Below, piece after piece: positions 1-8,484 of a DNA stretch of 28,512 nucleotides. The stretch comes from an uncultured virus (IMG/VR IMGVR_UViG_3300042560_002070). Its lineage: Duplodnaviria; Heunggongvirae; Uroviricota; Caudoviricetes. The notes below the pieces were generated by a model. The model was not told where the DNA came from. It did no database searches and saw only the letters and a program-made list of their open reading frames with translations. Each line of letters begins with the position of its first letter. Position 1 is the first letter of the stretch. Both the position numbers and the translations under genes were made by a program. Where the stretch lies: IMG/VR virus record IMGVR_UViG_3300042560_002070; one strand, written 5' to 3'.

Positions 1-339
1 GATGCGGTTGGGCAACTGCTTCGTGTGCCGGAGGTGGAACAATTGAGTGGAGCCATCACGGTATCGACGATTCACCAAGCCAAAGGTCTTGAGTGGCCTG
101 CTGTGGTGATAGCTGACTTGAAAGAGGGTGTTTTCCCAAGCAAAAAAAGCCTTAAGAGCGAGGCGGGCATTATCGAAGAGCGACGGCTTATGTATGTCGC
201 GATGACTAGGGCGAAGGACTCGCTAACCCTGTGCTATGACGCTTTGGCTCCGAGTCAATTTGTGTTCCCTAAGGAGGTGTATCGTGCTGGAGAGAATGAG
301 GGATTGGCTCAAGAGACGATCCGAGAAGCAGGATGGTAG
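1..339 (+). CDS. UvrD/REP (SF1) helicase, C-terminal part (5'-truncated by window)
   Basis: Frame is open from base 1; motif V (STIHQAKGLEW) and motif VI (EERRLMYVAMTRAK). Confidence 0.92.
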   Translation, partial: DAVGQLLRVPEVEQLSGAITVSTIHQAKGLEWPAVVIADLKEGVFPSKKSLKSEAGIIEERRLMYVAMTRAKDSLTLCYDALAPSQFVFPKEVYRAGENEGLAQETIREAGW

Positions 340-373
340 TAAACCGATTCGTAGGTTTCGACCGCTGCGAAAC

Positions 374-532
374 ATGAAGGCATTCGTAGCTTCCGTGTTG
401 CGCAAGATATCGAGCGGCATACCTAAGTGGTTACTGCCGTATTTAGTGCAGGGTGCGTTGATTCTATTGGGTGCGCCGTGGTGGGTGTGGCCCATTATTG
501 CAATAGCTGCATGGCTGCTTCTAGGTCGTTAA
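374..532 (+). CDS. Small membrane protein (~52 aa)
   Basis: ATG 374 within ORF 236..532; hydrophobic LLPYLVQGALILLGAPWWVWPIIAIAAWLLL; fills the gap between two genes. Confidence 0.55.
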   Translation: MKAFVASVLRKISSGIPKWLLPYLVQGALILLGAPWWVWPIIAIAAWLLLGR

Positions 533-542
533 TAGGAGGTAC

Positions 543-1409
543 ATGATGAATAGAGACTTGCAGATCGACGAAGAATTTAAGAATTTACTTGGCTCTCATA
601 GCTCCGAGGAGTTTGATCAGTTAAAGCAAAATCTAATTGCTGATGGTCGAGTGATCGATCCAATTATCGCTTGGGAAGGTCACGATATCGTGGTAGATGG
701 TCACACACGATATCAGATCGCGATTGCGGAAGGCATACCATTCCAGGTGATCGACTTGCCGTTTAGTGATCGGGAAGCGGTTAAGCAGTGGATCTATGGT
801 CATCAATTTGGTCGTCGTAACGGCAACGGATTTGAGCTGGCTCGCTGGCGATCGATGCTGGTCGACATGATTGCGAGAAAAAACTCAGCACCAACGAGCC
901 GTCACAAGGCCGTAAAGGAAGTTTCACAAAAGACTGGCGTAAACAAACGAGTCATTTATAGCGATCAGGCAGCAACTCGCGTGCTCGATTCGATCCCAGA
1001 GCAAGCAAGACGAAACATCGAAACAGGAGTCATCCGAGGTTCCGTCGAGTCGGTGGCCAAGATTGCCTCTTTACCTGAAACACAGCGATCTCAGGTCGTG
1101 GAGATTCTTGAGAATTTGCCTACCAGTGTGGAAGAAGAGGTGACATTTCGTTCGGTGGATGAAGTGATTCAAGCGGTGGCAGAACATCAAACCAATCAAG
1201 CGCCTCCTCCCAAAAAGGCAAGCAAGGAAGTCGAGCAAGCAGTGGCTCGAATCGAAAAGGCGATCGCTGAATTACCGAAGAGTATTGACGTGGTAGCGAG
1301 TGGCAAGAAGCTACATCGCTCACCTTGGAAAGAAAGAACGCAGGCTGCGTTTGCTAATTTCGTTAGCCTGTGGAGGGAGCAATGCAAGAAGCCAACACAC
1401 AGCAAATAA
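543..1409 (+). CDS. ParB/Srx N-terminal domain protein
   Basis: DPIIAWEGHDIVVDGHTRY motif, then QFGRRN and an HTH-like segment; AGGAGGT SD just upstream. Confidence 0.85.
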   Translation: MMNRDLQIDEEFKNLLGSHSSEEFDQLKQNLIADGRVIDPIIAWEGHDIVVDGHTRYQIAIAEGIPFQVIDLPFSDREAVKQWIYGHQFGRRNGNGFELARWRSMLVDMIARKNSAPTSRHKAVKEVSQKTGVNKRVIYSDQAATRVLDSIPEQARRNIETGVIRGSVESVAKIASLPETQRSQVVEILENLPTSVEEEVTFRSVDEVIQAVAEHQTNQAPPPKKASKEVEQAVARIEKAIAELPKSIDVVASGKKLHRSPWKERTQAAFANFVSLWREQCKKPTHSK

Positions 1410-2995
1410 GGAACTGCTTTACTCGTGAGCCTTGGCCTCATCAGCTTGAGGCAGCAACTCGTGTGGTTGAGGAGCTTCGGACGCACAACGCAGTAACGCT
1501 TTGTAGCGCAACTGGTGCCGGAAAATCAGATGTGATGTGGGCACTGGTTCAACATTACCTCAACATTGGTGCCAAGATTTTGATCTTAACCAACAGGCGT
1601 ATGTTGACTCGTCAAACTATGGCAAATGCTCAGGTGAAGGGGATTGGTTTTGGTGTTCGTGCAGCGACACTGGCCGAGCACTTTGATGCGAGCCAGGATG
1701 TGCAGATCAGTAGTGTGCAGTCGGAGATCGCCAGGACTATCAATAGTTCCAGGTGGGAGCGATTTGGAGCGGACATTGTGCTTGTCGACGAAGGACATCT
1801 ACAAGCTAGTGGTGAGTCCGAGAAGTTCCTTCGATCGTACCTGCATGATCGAGCCAAGATCGTCGGTATTACAGCAACTCCGATAGGTATGAGTCATCTG
1901 TATCCGAGGCTAATTGTGGCAGGTAAGCCATCGGATTGCCTTAGGTGTGGTGCTCATGTACGAGCGATTATCAAGGCTCCGTTTGAGTTCGACTTATCGA
2001 AGGTCAAGCGAGTCAAGACGGGTGAGTATTCGCTTGGTGACATACGCAAGCATGTTTGGAGTCAGCAGATTGTGGGGCGAGTGGTGCAGAGCTGGCGAGA
2101 GGAGAATCCTAACGCACGACCAACGCTTGTGTTTGCGCCTGGAGTGGAGGAGTCGATCGGACTGATGAACGACTTCAATAACGCTGGATTTCGTGCGTGC
2201 CATATCGACGCGACGAAGGTGTGTGTTGATGGGCAGCAGTACACAGACACCGATGGTTCGATCCGAGAAGATGTTCTTGGTCGCTGGCGCAGTGGTGACA
2301 TTAAGGTGATCTGCAATCGGTTCGTATTGAGGGAAGGAATCGACTTGCCACAGATGTATCAATGCGTTCTCGCCACTCCTTTTTCCAGTATCAAGACGTA
2401 CTTGCAATCGACGGGCAGGGTTATTCGTTATTCGCCTGAGACACCAGACCATGTGCTGATTACTGATCATGCTGGTAGCTACTATCGTTTCAACGGAGGC
2501 CCTAATCGCGATCGAGATTGGGAGCAACTGTACTATCAGGATGAAGCCACGATCGAGAAGAAGATTCGCGAGCAAGCTCAAGAGCAACCAGAGCGAGATC
2601 CCATTGTGTGTCCGTACTGCCATACAGTGCGACATCACTCGATACCTGCTTGCCCTGCGCCTCCAGTGGGCTGTGGCCGAGAGGCTGGTCGTCGTGGCAA
2701 GTTCATCGTGCAGCAGAGTGGTGAGCTGCGACGAGTCAACGAACCAAACTTTCGGGCACCTCGCATTCGTCAGACACCACAAGATCAAACACGTTGGGAC
2801 TCGCTCTTTTATGCAGCGAGAAACAGCAAGTCCGATCGCCCCATGTCCTTTAATCAGGTCATGGCTTTCTTCCGGCGAAAGTATGGCTACTACCCGCCCA
2901 AAAACTTACTGCGTATGCCGGTGGAGGAAGCCACTTGGAGTCGCAAAGTTAAACACACAGAGGTCACAGCATTAAGGACAACCCATGAAAAGTAA
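1382..2995 (+). CDS. SF2 DEXH helicase (RadD/YejH-like) with C-terminal Zn finger
   Basis: Walker A ATGAGKS, DEGH, TATP, REGIDLP, QSTGRVIR, then CPYC...C...C. ATG 1382 (GGAGGG upstream) preferred over GTG 1370. Confidence 0.9.
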   Translation: MQEANTQQIRNCFTREPWPHQLEAATRVVEELRTHNAVTLCSATGAGKSDVMWALVQHYLNIGAKILILTNRRMLTRQTMANAQVKGIGFGVRAATLAEHFDASQDVQISSVQSEIARTINSSRWERFGADIVLVDEGHLQASGESEKFLRSYLHDRAKIVGITATPIGMSHLYPRLIVAGKPSDCLRCGAHVRAIIKAPFEFDLSKVKRVKTGEYSLGDIRKHVWSQQIVGRVVQSWREENPNARPTLVFAPGVEESIGLMNDFNNAGFRACHIDATKVCVDGQQYTDTDGSIREDVLGRWRSGDIKVICNRFVLREGIDLPQMYQCVLATPFSSIKTYLQSTGRVIRYSPETPDHVLITDHAGSYYRFNGGPNRDRDWEQLYYQDEATIEKKIREQAQEQPERDPIVCPYCHTVRHHSIPACPAPPVGCGREAGRRGKFIVQQSGELRRVNEPNFRAPRIRQTPQDQTRWDSLFYAARNSKSDRPMSFNQVMAFFRRKYGYYPPKNLLRMPVEEATWSRKVKHTEVTALRTTHEK

Positions 2996-3914
2996 GAGTC
3001 TAACGGAATGGCAGAGAGATCAGATCGCTCTTTATAAAGATGATCTATCAAAGTGTGAGACGCTTGAGGAGCTGGTCAATAAGTCTCGTGAGATGGTGCA
3101 GCTAAGTAGCCAGACTTGGTTTTTAAAGGGCTGCATGCCAACTTATAACTACAAGCTTAAACAGATCAAGACTCGACCAAGCAGAAATGTTGTGGCCATC
3201 GATTTAAAGGCATTGTGCTGGCTGGCATGGAGTAGGGCCAAAGGAAGTGATCAATCCAGTAACGAGTTCCTTAGTCTAATGAAGGGAATAAAGGCGCGGT
3301 TTGCTAGCTCTCCGATCGTGTTTGCTGATGAGTGTGAGCAAGGTGGCTGGCGATACCAGTACGATGCGAGATGGAAGAGTAAACGGATCGAGGTTGACCC
3401 TGGCCTGCTGCGATTTGTAAATCGCGTTCGTGAGATGCTAGCGAAGTGGGAGTGTCAAGTTTGTAAGGTCGAGACGTTCGAGGCAGATGACGTACTTGCA
3501 TCACTGGCTACGTCGTATGCGTTGGCAGGCGACAAGACGGTCATTATCTCTCAGGATCGAGATCTGTTCCAGTTGTTAGGCCCACAAACGACGACGTTCT
3601 GGGTGAGCGAGTTTTTCTCGCGAGAGAATCTATTTAGCCGCTACGCACTGGTTCCGCAGTCGTGGATCGATTGGCTCTGTTTGGTAGGCAAGAACGACAT
3701 CCCAGGTGCACAGGGTATTGGCGAGATCTATGCGAGCAAGCTGCTGGCAATGTTTGGGAACTACGTTAACTGTCTGGATGCACTACCGCAGATAGCATCA
3801 CAGTTCAGCGAAAAGGTTGCTGCTGCGATTCAAGAATTTGACGGTGAGTATCTTAGGGTGCGACGGTTACATGCTTTAGAAAAGTCGTTGCGACTAGAGG
3901 TGAGTTATGAATGA
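2985..3914 (+). CDS. 5'-3' exonuclease / flap endonuclease (PolA N-terminal, phage RNase H-like)
   Basis: EADDVLASLA, IISQDRDLFQLL and H3TH-like NDIPGAQGIGEIYASKLL. Confidence 0.88.
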   Translation: MKSKSLTEWQRDQIALYKDDLSKCETLEELVNKSREMVQLSSQTWFLKGCMPTYNYKLKQIKTRPSRNVVAIDLKALCWLAWSRAKGSDQSSNEFLSLMKGIKARFASSPIVFADECEQGGWRYQYDARWKSKRIEVDPGLLRFVNRVREMLAKWECQVCKVETFEADDVLASLATSYALAGDKTVIISQDRDLFQLLGPQTTTFWVSEFFSRENLFSRYALVPQSWIDWLCLVGKNDIPGAQGIGEIYASKLLAMFGNYVNCLDALPQIASQFSEKVAAAIQEFDGEYLRVRRLHALEKSLRLEVSYE

Positions 3915-4380
3915 TTTTGCTTGGAAGCAGGGGCCACTTGTGTTTGCTGATGGTCATGCGTTTCTCACTCGACCACCTGAACTACAAGAACTGGAGGAGC
4001 CGCTGTCGAAGCTTGCGTGGCTTCAGCGGCATGTGTACTGGTGGATCGGTGATACGCTGCTGACTGGAGAAAAATTCTTTGGTGATGAGATGTATCAGAT
4101 TGTTGATCCAGATATCAGTGCTGATCTATTGCAGCGATGTGTCGCCGTCAGTGCAAAGTTTCCAATGTCGCAGCGAAATACCAATCTTTCATGGAGCCAC
4201 CATCTAGCGGTGATCAAGCTAGACCCGAGGATTCGAGTTGTTGCACTTAAGAAAGCGGAGACGGAGAGATGGACGAGTCAGGAGCTTCAGAAGTACGTCA
4301 GGTCGAAATGGGGGAAGCAGGAGATGCTGGATCAATTCGAGACATCGCCGGAAGAAGATTCTGCTGGCTCACAGGGTTAA
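3907..4380 (+). CDS. LmbU-like DNA-binding protein
   Basis: WWIGDTLLTGEKFFG...R..NLSWSHHLAV...AETERWTSQELQ resembles the LmbU pattern as recalled from memory. Confidence 0.6.
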   Translation: MNDFAWKQGPLVFADGHAFLTRPPELQELEEPLSKLAWLQRHVYWWIGDTLLTGEKFFGDEMYQIVDPDISADLLQRCVAVSAKFPMSQRNTNLSWSHHLAVIKLDPRIRVVALKKAETERWTSQELQKYVRSKWGKQEMLDQFETSPEEDSAGSQG

Positions 4381-4739
4381 CTAAGGGGACTCGCCCCAAA
4401 AATTGGTACGGTGATTGGTGGCTTCAGGTGGCTCATATAAGCAGTGGATCTGGAGCGATGCACCGAGTCAACGACAGACGAGCTGTTGTCCTTTTGTGTC
4501 CACTGGCCCATGAGTGTCATGTGCATGATCGAGTAGCGATACCAACGAAACATATTAATGGTCGAGAGTACCCGACGATCGATGCTGCAAACTTAATGTG
4601 GATCAAGCAGATCATGGACCATGCGTATTACGATCGGGATTATTTGCGTCATATATGGACAGGCATGCCGCCAGAGCCTGCCCGACCAAGCAACTTCTGG
4701 CTCAACATGCTATTCGAAAATACAGGGATGAGTTTATGA
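4269..4739 (+). CDS. Hypothetical protein, possibly HNH-like nuclease
   Basis: CWLTG...VAHI...VVLLCPLAHECH His/Cys spacing; start uncertain (4269 or 4308); stop overlaps next ATG (ATGA). Confidence 0.5.
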   Translation: MDESGASEVRQVEMGEAGDAGSIRDIAGRRFCWLTGLTKGTRPKNWYGDWWLQVAHISSGSGAMHRVNDRRAVVLLCPLAHECHVHDRVAIPTKHINGREYPTIDAANLMWIKQIMDHAYYDRDYLRHIWTGMPPEPARPSNFWLNMLFENTGMSL

Positions 4740-4963
4740 GCCGAAAGAAGGATGGAGTGTCGTTGATACTCAGCATGATATATCAGGAGTTTCCGACTCG
4801 TCGTGAGTTGGGTGATGTTTATCACGAGATGGCAGATCTTTTACGCAGCCAAGATCTACCGCAGCGTGATGTAGAGAGAGTCTTACGTCTGCTACGAGTC
4901 AAATGTCAGACGTGGGGCAATGTATCGGCTGCGCTAGAAAGATGGAGCAACGAACGTGGGTAA
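4736..4963 (+). CDS. Hypothetical protein (75 aa)
   Basis: ATG 4736 overlaps the upstream TGA; its end overlaps the ssb start. Confidence 0.6.
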   Translation: MSRKKDGVSLILSMIYQEFPTRRELGDVYHEMADLLRSQDLPQRDVERVLRLLRVKCQTWGNVSAALERWSNERG

Positions 4964-5381
4964 AACAGCTATTGCAACAGTGCAGGGGCGGGTAAGTAGT
5001 GATCCGAGGATTACAGTGGCGAAGTCCGGAACAAAAGTCGCCAACATAACGCTCGGCTGGTCACACAAGGATCGAGAGGGTGAGACGAAGTGGTCAAATA
5101 TCGATGTGGTCTTCTTTGGGAAGACGGCGGAAACGGTGGAACAATATGTAGAGAAGGGTGGTGAGGTGTTTGTTTCCGGAGACCTGCAAGCGGAGAGCTG
5201 GGTCGATAAAGAGGGTAATCCGCGCTCGAAGCTATCAATCATCGGTAGTACGTTGACGCTTATGGGAAAGCGAAGTGATGACTCGGAGAGGAAGACTGAG
5301 ACCCGACCAGCCAAGCCAGCCGCTAAGACATCCAAGCCTGAAAAGCAGGAAGATGACTTTCCCGATGAAGTGCCGTTTTAG
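4956..5381 (+). CDS. ssb: Single-stranded DNA-binding protein
   Basis: OB-fold motifs VVFFGKTAE..EQYVEKGGEVFVSGDL and acidic tail DDFPDEVPF. Confidence 0.95.
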   Translation: MGKTAIATVQGRVSSDPRITVAKSGTKVANITLGWSHKDREGETKWSNIDVVFFGKTAETVEQYVEKGGEVFVSGDLQAESWVDKEGNPRSKLSIIGSTLTLMGKRSDDSERKTETRPAKPAAKTSKPEKQEDDFPDEVPF

Positions 5382-5670
5382 AGTCGGCAAGGAAGATGTT
5401 GTCGAGGTGACTCAGCATGCCCTGCTCCGTTTCTGGTTGCGGATTGACCCGCTTCCGAGCAGGGCGGATGTTGAGAAACGCATTAAGGACGAGCTTCGTA
5501 GAGGCTTTTACTTAACGCAGTGGAAACTGACTAGCGATGGACAACCTATTCTTTGTGCACACTGTAGCGGACTCAAGCTTGTTATCGCCCCCGAGGAAAG
5601 ATGTTGGATGATCTTGACTTTGATGGAGGGTAGGAAACGTGGAAGCTCCGCTAGGCGATTCCAAAGATGA
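5365..5670 (+). CDS. Hypothetical protein with TxHAxxR motif (DUF4258/RelE-like fold possible)
   Basis: VEVTQHALLRFWLR...LKLVIAP...MILTLM; start uncertain (5353 or 5365). Confidence 0.55.
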   Translation: MKCRFRVGKEDVVEVTQHALLRFWLRIDPLPSRADVEKRIKDELRRGFYLTQWKLTSDGQPILCAHCSGLKLVIAPEERCWMILTLMEGRKRGSSARRFQR

Positions 5671-6133
5671 TGTGAAGCAAGCGATCAAGGTGCTACAGAC
5701 TTGCTACCCGAAGTTGATAGTGGGGCATGAGGTGCTTGATGCACTGAAGAACAACTGGATAGTTCATGTGGCGAAGACTGGCACCAAGATCATTGCAGTG
5801 TTAGTGGCTGAGCGTGAGATGAAGGAAATCTACATTCGGCGTATTGCAGTATTACCAGAGTTCCGAAGAAAAGGTTTTGCTCGTGGTCTGGTTGGTTCTG
5901 TAGCTAGGCTCGATCATGTCGATGTGGTCACGCTGGCAGTGCCAGGATGGGATCCAGCGTCAGTTGCTTTCGCCCATCGCTGTTTCTTTCATTTGTTCGG
6001 CATAGATGGTGATTGTGATGGTCATCAGCTCTGGCGACTAAGTGCGCGAGCTAGCAGTGACACACGCAATAGGCTTGAGGAGTACTTCGCTAATCGTGTT
6101 AGTCGAAAAGGCGATTTTGGTCGCCGCTGCTAG
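5639..6133 (+). CDS. GNAT acetyltransferase (RimI-like)
   Basis: Acetyl-CoA binding motif A: IYIRRIAVLPEFRRKGFARGLV. Confidence 0.85.
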   Translation: MEAPLGDSKDDVKQAIKVLQTCYPKLIVGHEVLDALKNNWIVHVAKTGTKIIAVLVAEREMKEIYIRRIAVLPEFRRKGFARGLVGSVARLDHVDVVTLAVPGWDPASVAFAHRCFFHLFGIDGDCDGHQLWRLSARASSDTRNRLEEYFANRVSRKGDFGRRC

Positions 6134-6881
6134 CTATGTCGAAGAGTTGACCTATCTTAGATCCCGGCACCCAGGATTCGAGCGGTATGTCTCGTCTGAG
6201 CAGTTCACGGAGTATCTCGCGTCGAATGGCGTGAAGGGTAAGCATGATGTTAGACGGTTCGGTGATTCTACCTAGCCTGTTGGATTTCAGGTTAATCATG
6301 GTTTCTTCGTTGGCGATCTCCTCGGCAGTCTTGCCTTCGATTCTTTTTGCCACGATCCATCTTGACCTTTGCTCCATGTCCGATAGTATGGATATCACTA
6401 CGGCTGCTAGATCATCGATGTCGTCGTAGTAGCTGTCCTCGTAGACGTTAGATTCTTTGAGTTCAGCGACAATCGACTTAACGCCATCCTCGTCAAGCAG
6501 AAATGAATTTGCGTCCGAGATGTATTCCGCTGGGGCTCGCTTGCCAAACGTGCTGCACGTTTTGACAACAAAGTCAGAGCACTTTCTTGGGATTACTCGT
6601 GAGAGAAAAGAGGAGAGACGACCGCGATCTGGATGGAAGTTTTTCATCGCCAGATAAGCCTGCGAAATTGCCTCGTGGAATAGATCGTCTGTGGTGAGTT
6701 GTTTTGGTTTATGGTGCCTGTGGCAGAGTGTCCATATCCAGTGAGCCTGAGAACATATCAGCGTTTCCATGGATTGAGCGTCACCAGCCAGGGCTTTTTC
6801 GTGACAATCCTTCTCTTGTTCGGCGGTTAGGCGTGGTGCTTTCCTGCCAGCTAGAAACTCAGCAACCGGATCTTTCTTCAT
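6099..6881 (-). CDS. RNA polymerase sigma70-family factor
   Basis: Region 1.2 (DPVAEFL...RLTAEQE), region 2 (DDLFHEA...AMKNFHPDRGRLSSF), region 4-like (MEQRSRWIVAKRIEGKTAEEIA). SD GGGAGGT (complement of 6891-6897) lies inside the recombinase gene. Confidence 0.88.
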   Translation of the reverse strand: MKKDPVAEFLAGRKAPRLTAEQEKDCHEKALAGDAQSMETLICSQAHWIWTLCHRHHKPKQLTTDDLFHEAISQAYLAMKNFHPDRGRLSSFLSRVIPRKCSDFVVKTCSTFGKRAPAEYISDANSFLLDEDGVKSIVAELKESNVYEDSYYDDIDDLAAVVISILSDMEQRSRWIVAKRIEGKTAEEIANEETMINLKSNRLGRITEPSNIMLTLHAIRREILRELLRRDIPLESWVPGSKIGQLFDIASSGDQNRLFD

Positions 6882-8484
6882 GTCTAAGCGACCTCCCTGC
6901 GTGTTTGTGTATTGTCGCCAGTCGGATTCCAGTTCCGTCGCAACGTCAATGAGTATCGAAGCTCAGATCGATCGAGCTATACAGTACAAGCATTATAAGA
7001 TCAAAGATGTTCAGTGGTCAACCGATTGCTATCCAGAGGGTACTCCTGGCTTTTTTGTAGATCGTGGTGTGAGCGCCTACGGAAACAGTAAGCTTGCCAA
7101 GCGACCTGCTGGCTCACGATTGCTAGAGAAGCTTCAAAAGGGAGATCATTTATTAGTGTGGTCGGTGGACAGGATGTTTCGAAACCTCGGTGACTTCGGC
7201 ACTGTGATGGGGCAATTCGCTAAGCGTGGAATCATTGTTCACTTCATTCACGAGGGTATCGACCTCTCGACAGCTTCAGGGCAGCTCAAGGCTGCGATCT
7301 GTGCAGTGCTGGCTGAGCACTGGTCTAGGATGATCTCCTTCCGTACTAGGGAAGCCAATGCTATTAAGGCAGCTCGTCAGGGTAAGGCGATCCCGCCCAA
7401 GCCTAAGGCTCCAGTTAACATGAATGTCGATGAGGTGGTGGAGTTTCGTGAGCACGACCAGATCGCAAGTCTTGTGGCTGCTACACCTAGCCGTAAAAAG
7501 AAACGTAAGGAGGCTCAGCAGGTGACCCGTACCTGGGGTTATATCCGTGTGTCGAGTACTGGTCAGGTGGAATCCGGATTGGGACTCCAGTACCAGCGAG
7601 AGAGAGTGGAAGAGGACCTTAAGGCGATTGGAGGTGAGTGCCTGGGTATTGTGGCAGACGAAGCGGTGTCGAGTTTTAAGGTGCCATTTGCGGAACGCCC
7701 TGGCGGTAAACGTATCCTCGGTGAGGCTAAGCGTGGCGACTGCGTGGTGGTGTATCGCTTCGATCGTATCTTTCGTTCTCTTCAGGACATGGTCAATACG
7801 CTGAAGGAGTTTCATCGCAGGGGAATCATCCTGCGATTGATTGAGGAGGGGATACGCACAGACCAAAATGACGGTGACTGGTATCTGGGTTTACTGGGTA
7901 CATTTGCAGAACTTGAGAGCACAATGAAGGGTGAGAGGATTTCTGAAGCAAAGATGAAGATGAAGAGGGAAGGGCTTAAGTACACAAAGCATTTGATGTG
8001 CTACAAGTCTATGTGCGTGGAGGGACAAAACCGGTTTGTCCTAAGCGGCAGCAATATGGTTCGTTTCCGAATGTCTCATATACTATGGAAGGAAATGAAG
8101 TTCAGCAAGAACGACTGTGCTCATATCGTTAACGCATTGTTTTCTCAGAATCGTCGCAAGCAATGGGCTAATCACGTCTTTGAGGATCGCCGCGAAAAAC
8201 GTAAGGGATTGCTTGTCCCCAATCAGATTGGTGTCACCTACTACGCTTGGCCGAAGATGATCGAATCAATCGGTCTCGTCGCCATTAATCGCTTCGATAA
8301 GATAGCCAGAAAGGAATTGGCAACAGACATCTCGGAGCTGACTCTCCTCAGGCTCAAGCGTGCGGGGGTATCTCTTGACCGACTCAGAGATTGGTTCGTG
8401 ATCATGGGTACTGACCGACGAATCCCCGCCGCGCTTCATCTCCGAGAAGGTGACGATCTTTTGGCTTCGATGGAGAATCTTTAG
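6880..8484 (+). CDS. Serine recombinase with two tandem resolvase/invertase catalytic domains
   Basis: Domain 1: YCRQS (Ser15), DRGVSA, RP, VWSVDRMFRN. Domain 2: GYIRVS (Ser225), DEAVSS, ERP, VYRFDRIFRS. Each is followed by a helix-E-like segment; ~160 aa unrecognised C-terminus. Confidence 0.92.
   Translation: MSKRPPCVFVYCRQSDSSSVATSMSIEAQIDRAIQYKHYKIKDVQWSTDCYPEGTPGFFVDRGVSAYGNSKLAKRPAGSRLLEKLQKGDHLLVWSVDRMFRNLGDFGTVMGQFAKRGIIVHFIHEGIDLSTASGQLKAAICAVLAEHWSRMISFRTREANAIKAARQGKAIPPKPKAPVNMNVDEVVEFREHDQIASLVAATPSRKKKRKEAQQVTRTWGYIRVSSTGQVESGLGLQYQRERVEEDLKAIGGECLGIVADEAVSSFKVPFAERPGGKRILGEAKRGDCVVVYRFDRIFRSLQDMVNTLKEFHRRGIILRLIEEGIRTDQNDGDWYLGLLGTFAELESTMKGERISEAKMKMKREGLKYTKHLMCYKSMCVEGQNRFVLSGSNMVRFRMSHILWKEMKFSKNDCAHIVNALFSQNRRKQWANHVFEDRREKRKGLLVPNQIGVTYYAWPKMIESIGLVAINRFDKIARKELATDISELTLLRLKRAGVSLDRLRDWFVIMGTDRRIPAALHLREGDDLLASMENL
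6881..6898 (+). repeat. Left inverted site flanking the recombinase gene
   Basis: TGTCTAAgcgacCTCCcT matches the reverse complement of 8470-8487 (TGTCTAAagattCTCCaT) at 12/18 positions, the first 7 exactly. Confidence 0.7.
7506..7524 (+). promoter_or_regulatory. Internal SD and in-frame GTG before recombinase domain 2
   Basis: TAAGGAGG (7506-7513), 8 nt spacer, GTG (7522), reading M-T-R-T-W-G-Y-I-R-V-S. Confidence 0.55.

Noticed and set aside
1994..2788. Long antisense ORFs (also 7276-7866, 23034-23468, 27074-27562)
   Set aside because: Shadows of well-supported genes with no recognisable motifs.
6062..6904. ACACGCA/TGCGTGT inverted 7-mer around the sigma gene
   Set aside because: It does not extend, is not palindromic, and would cut inside the GNAT and recombinase genes; likely chance.
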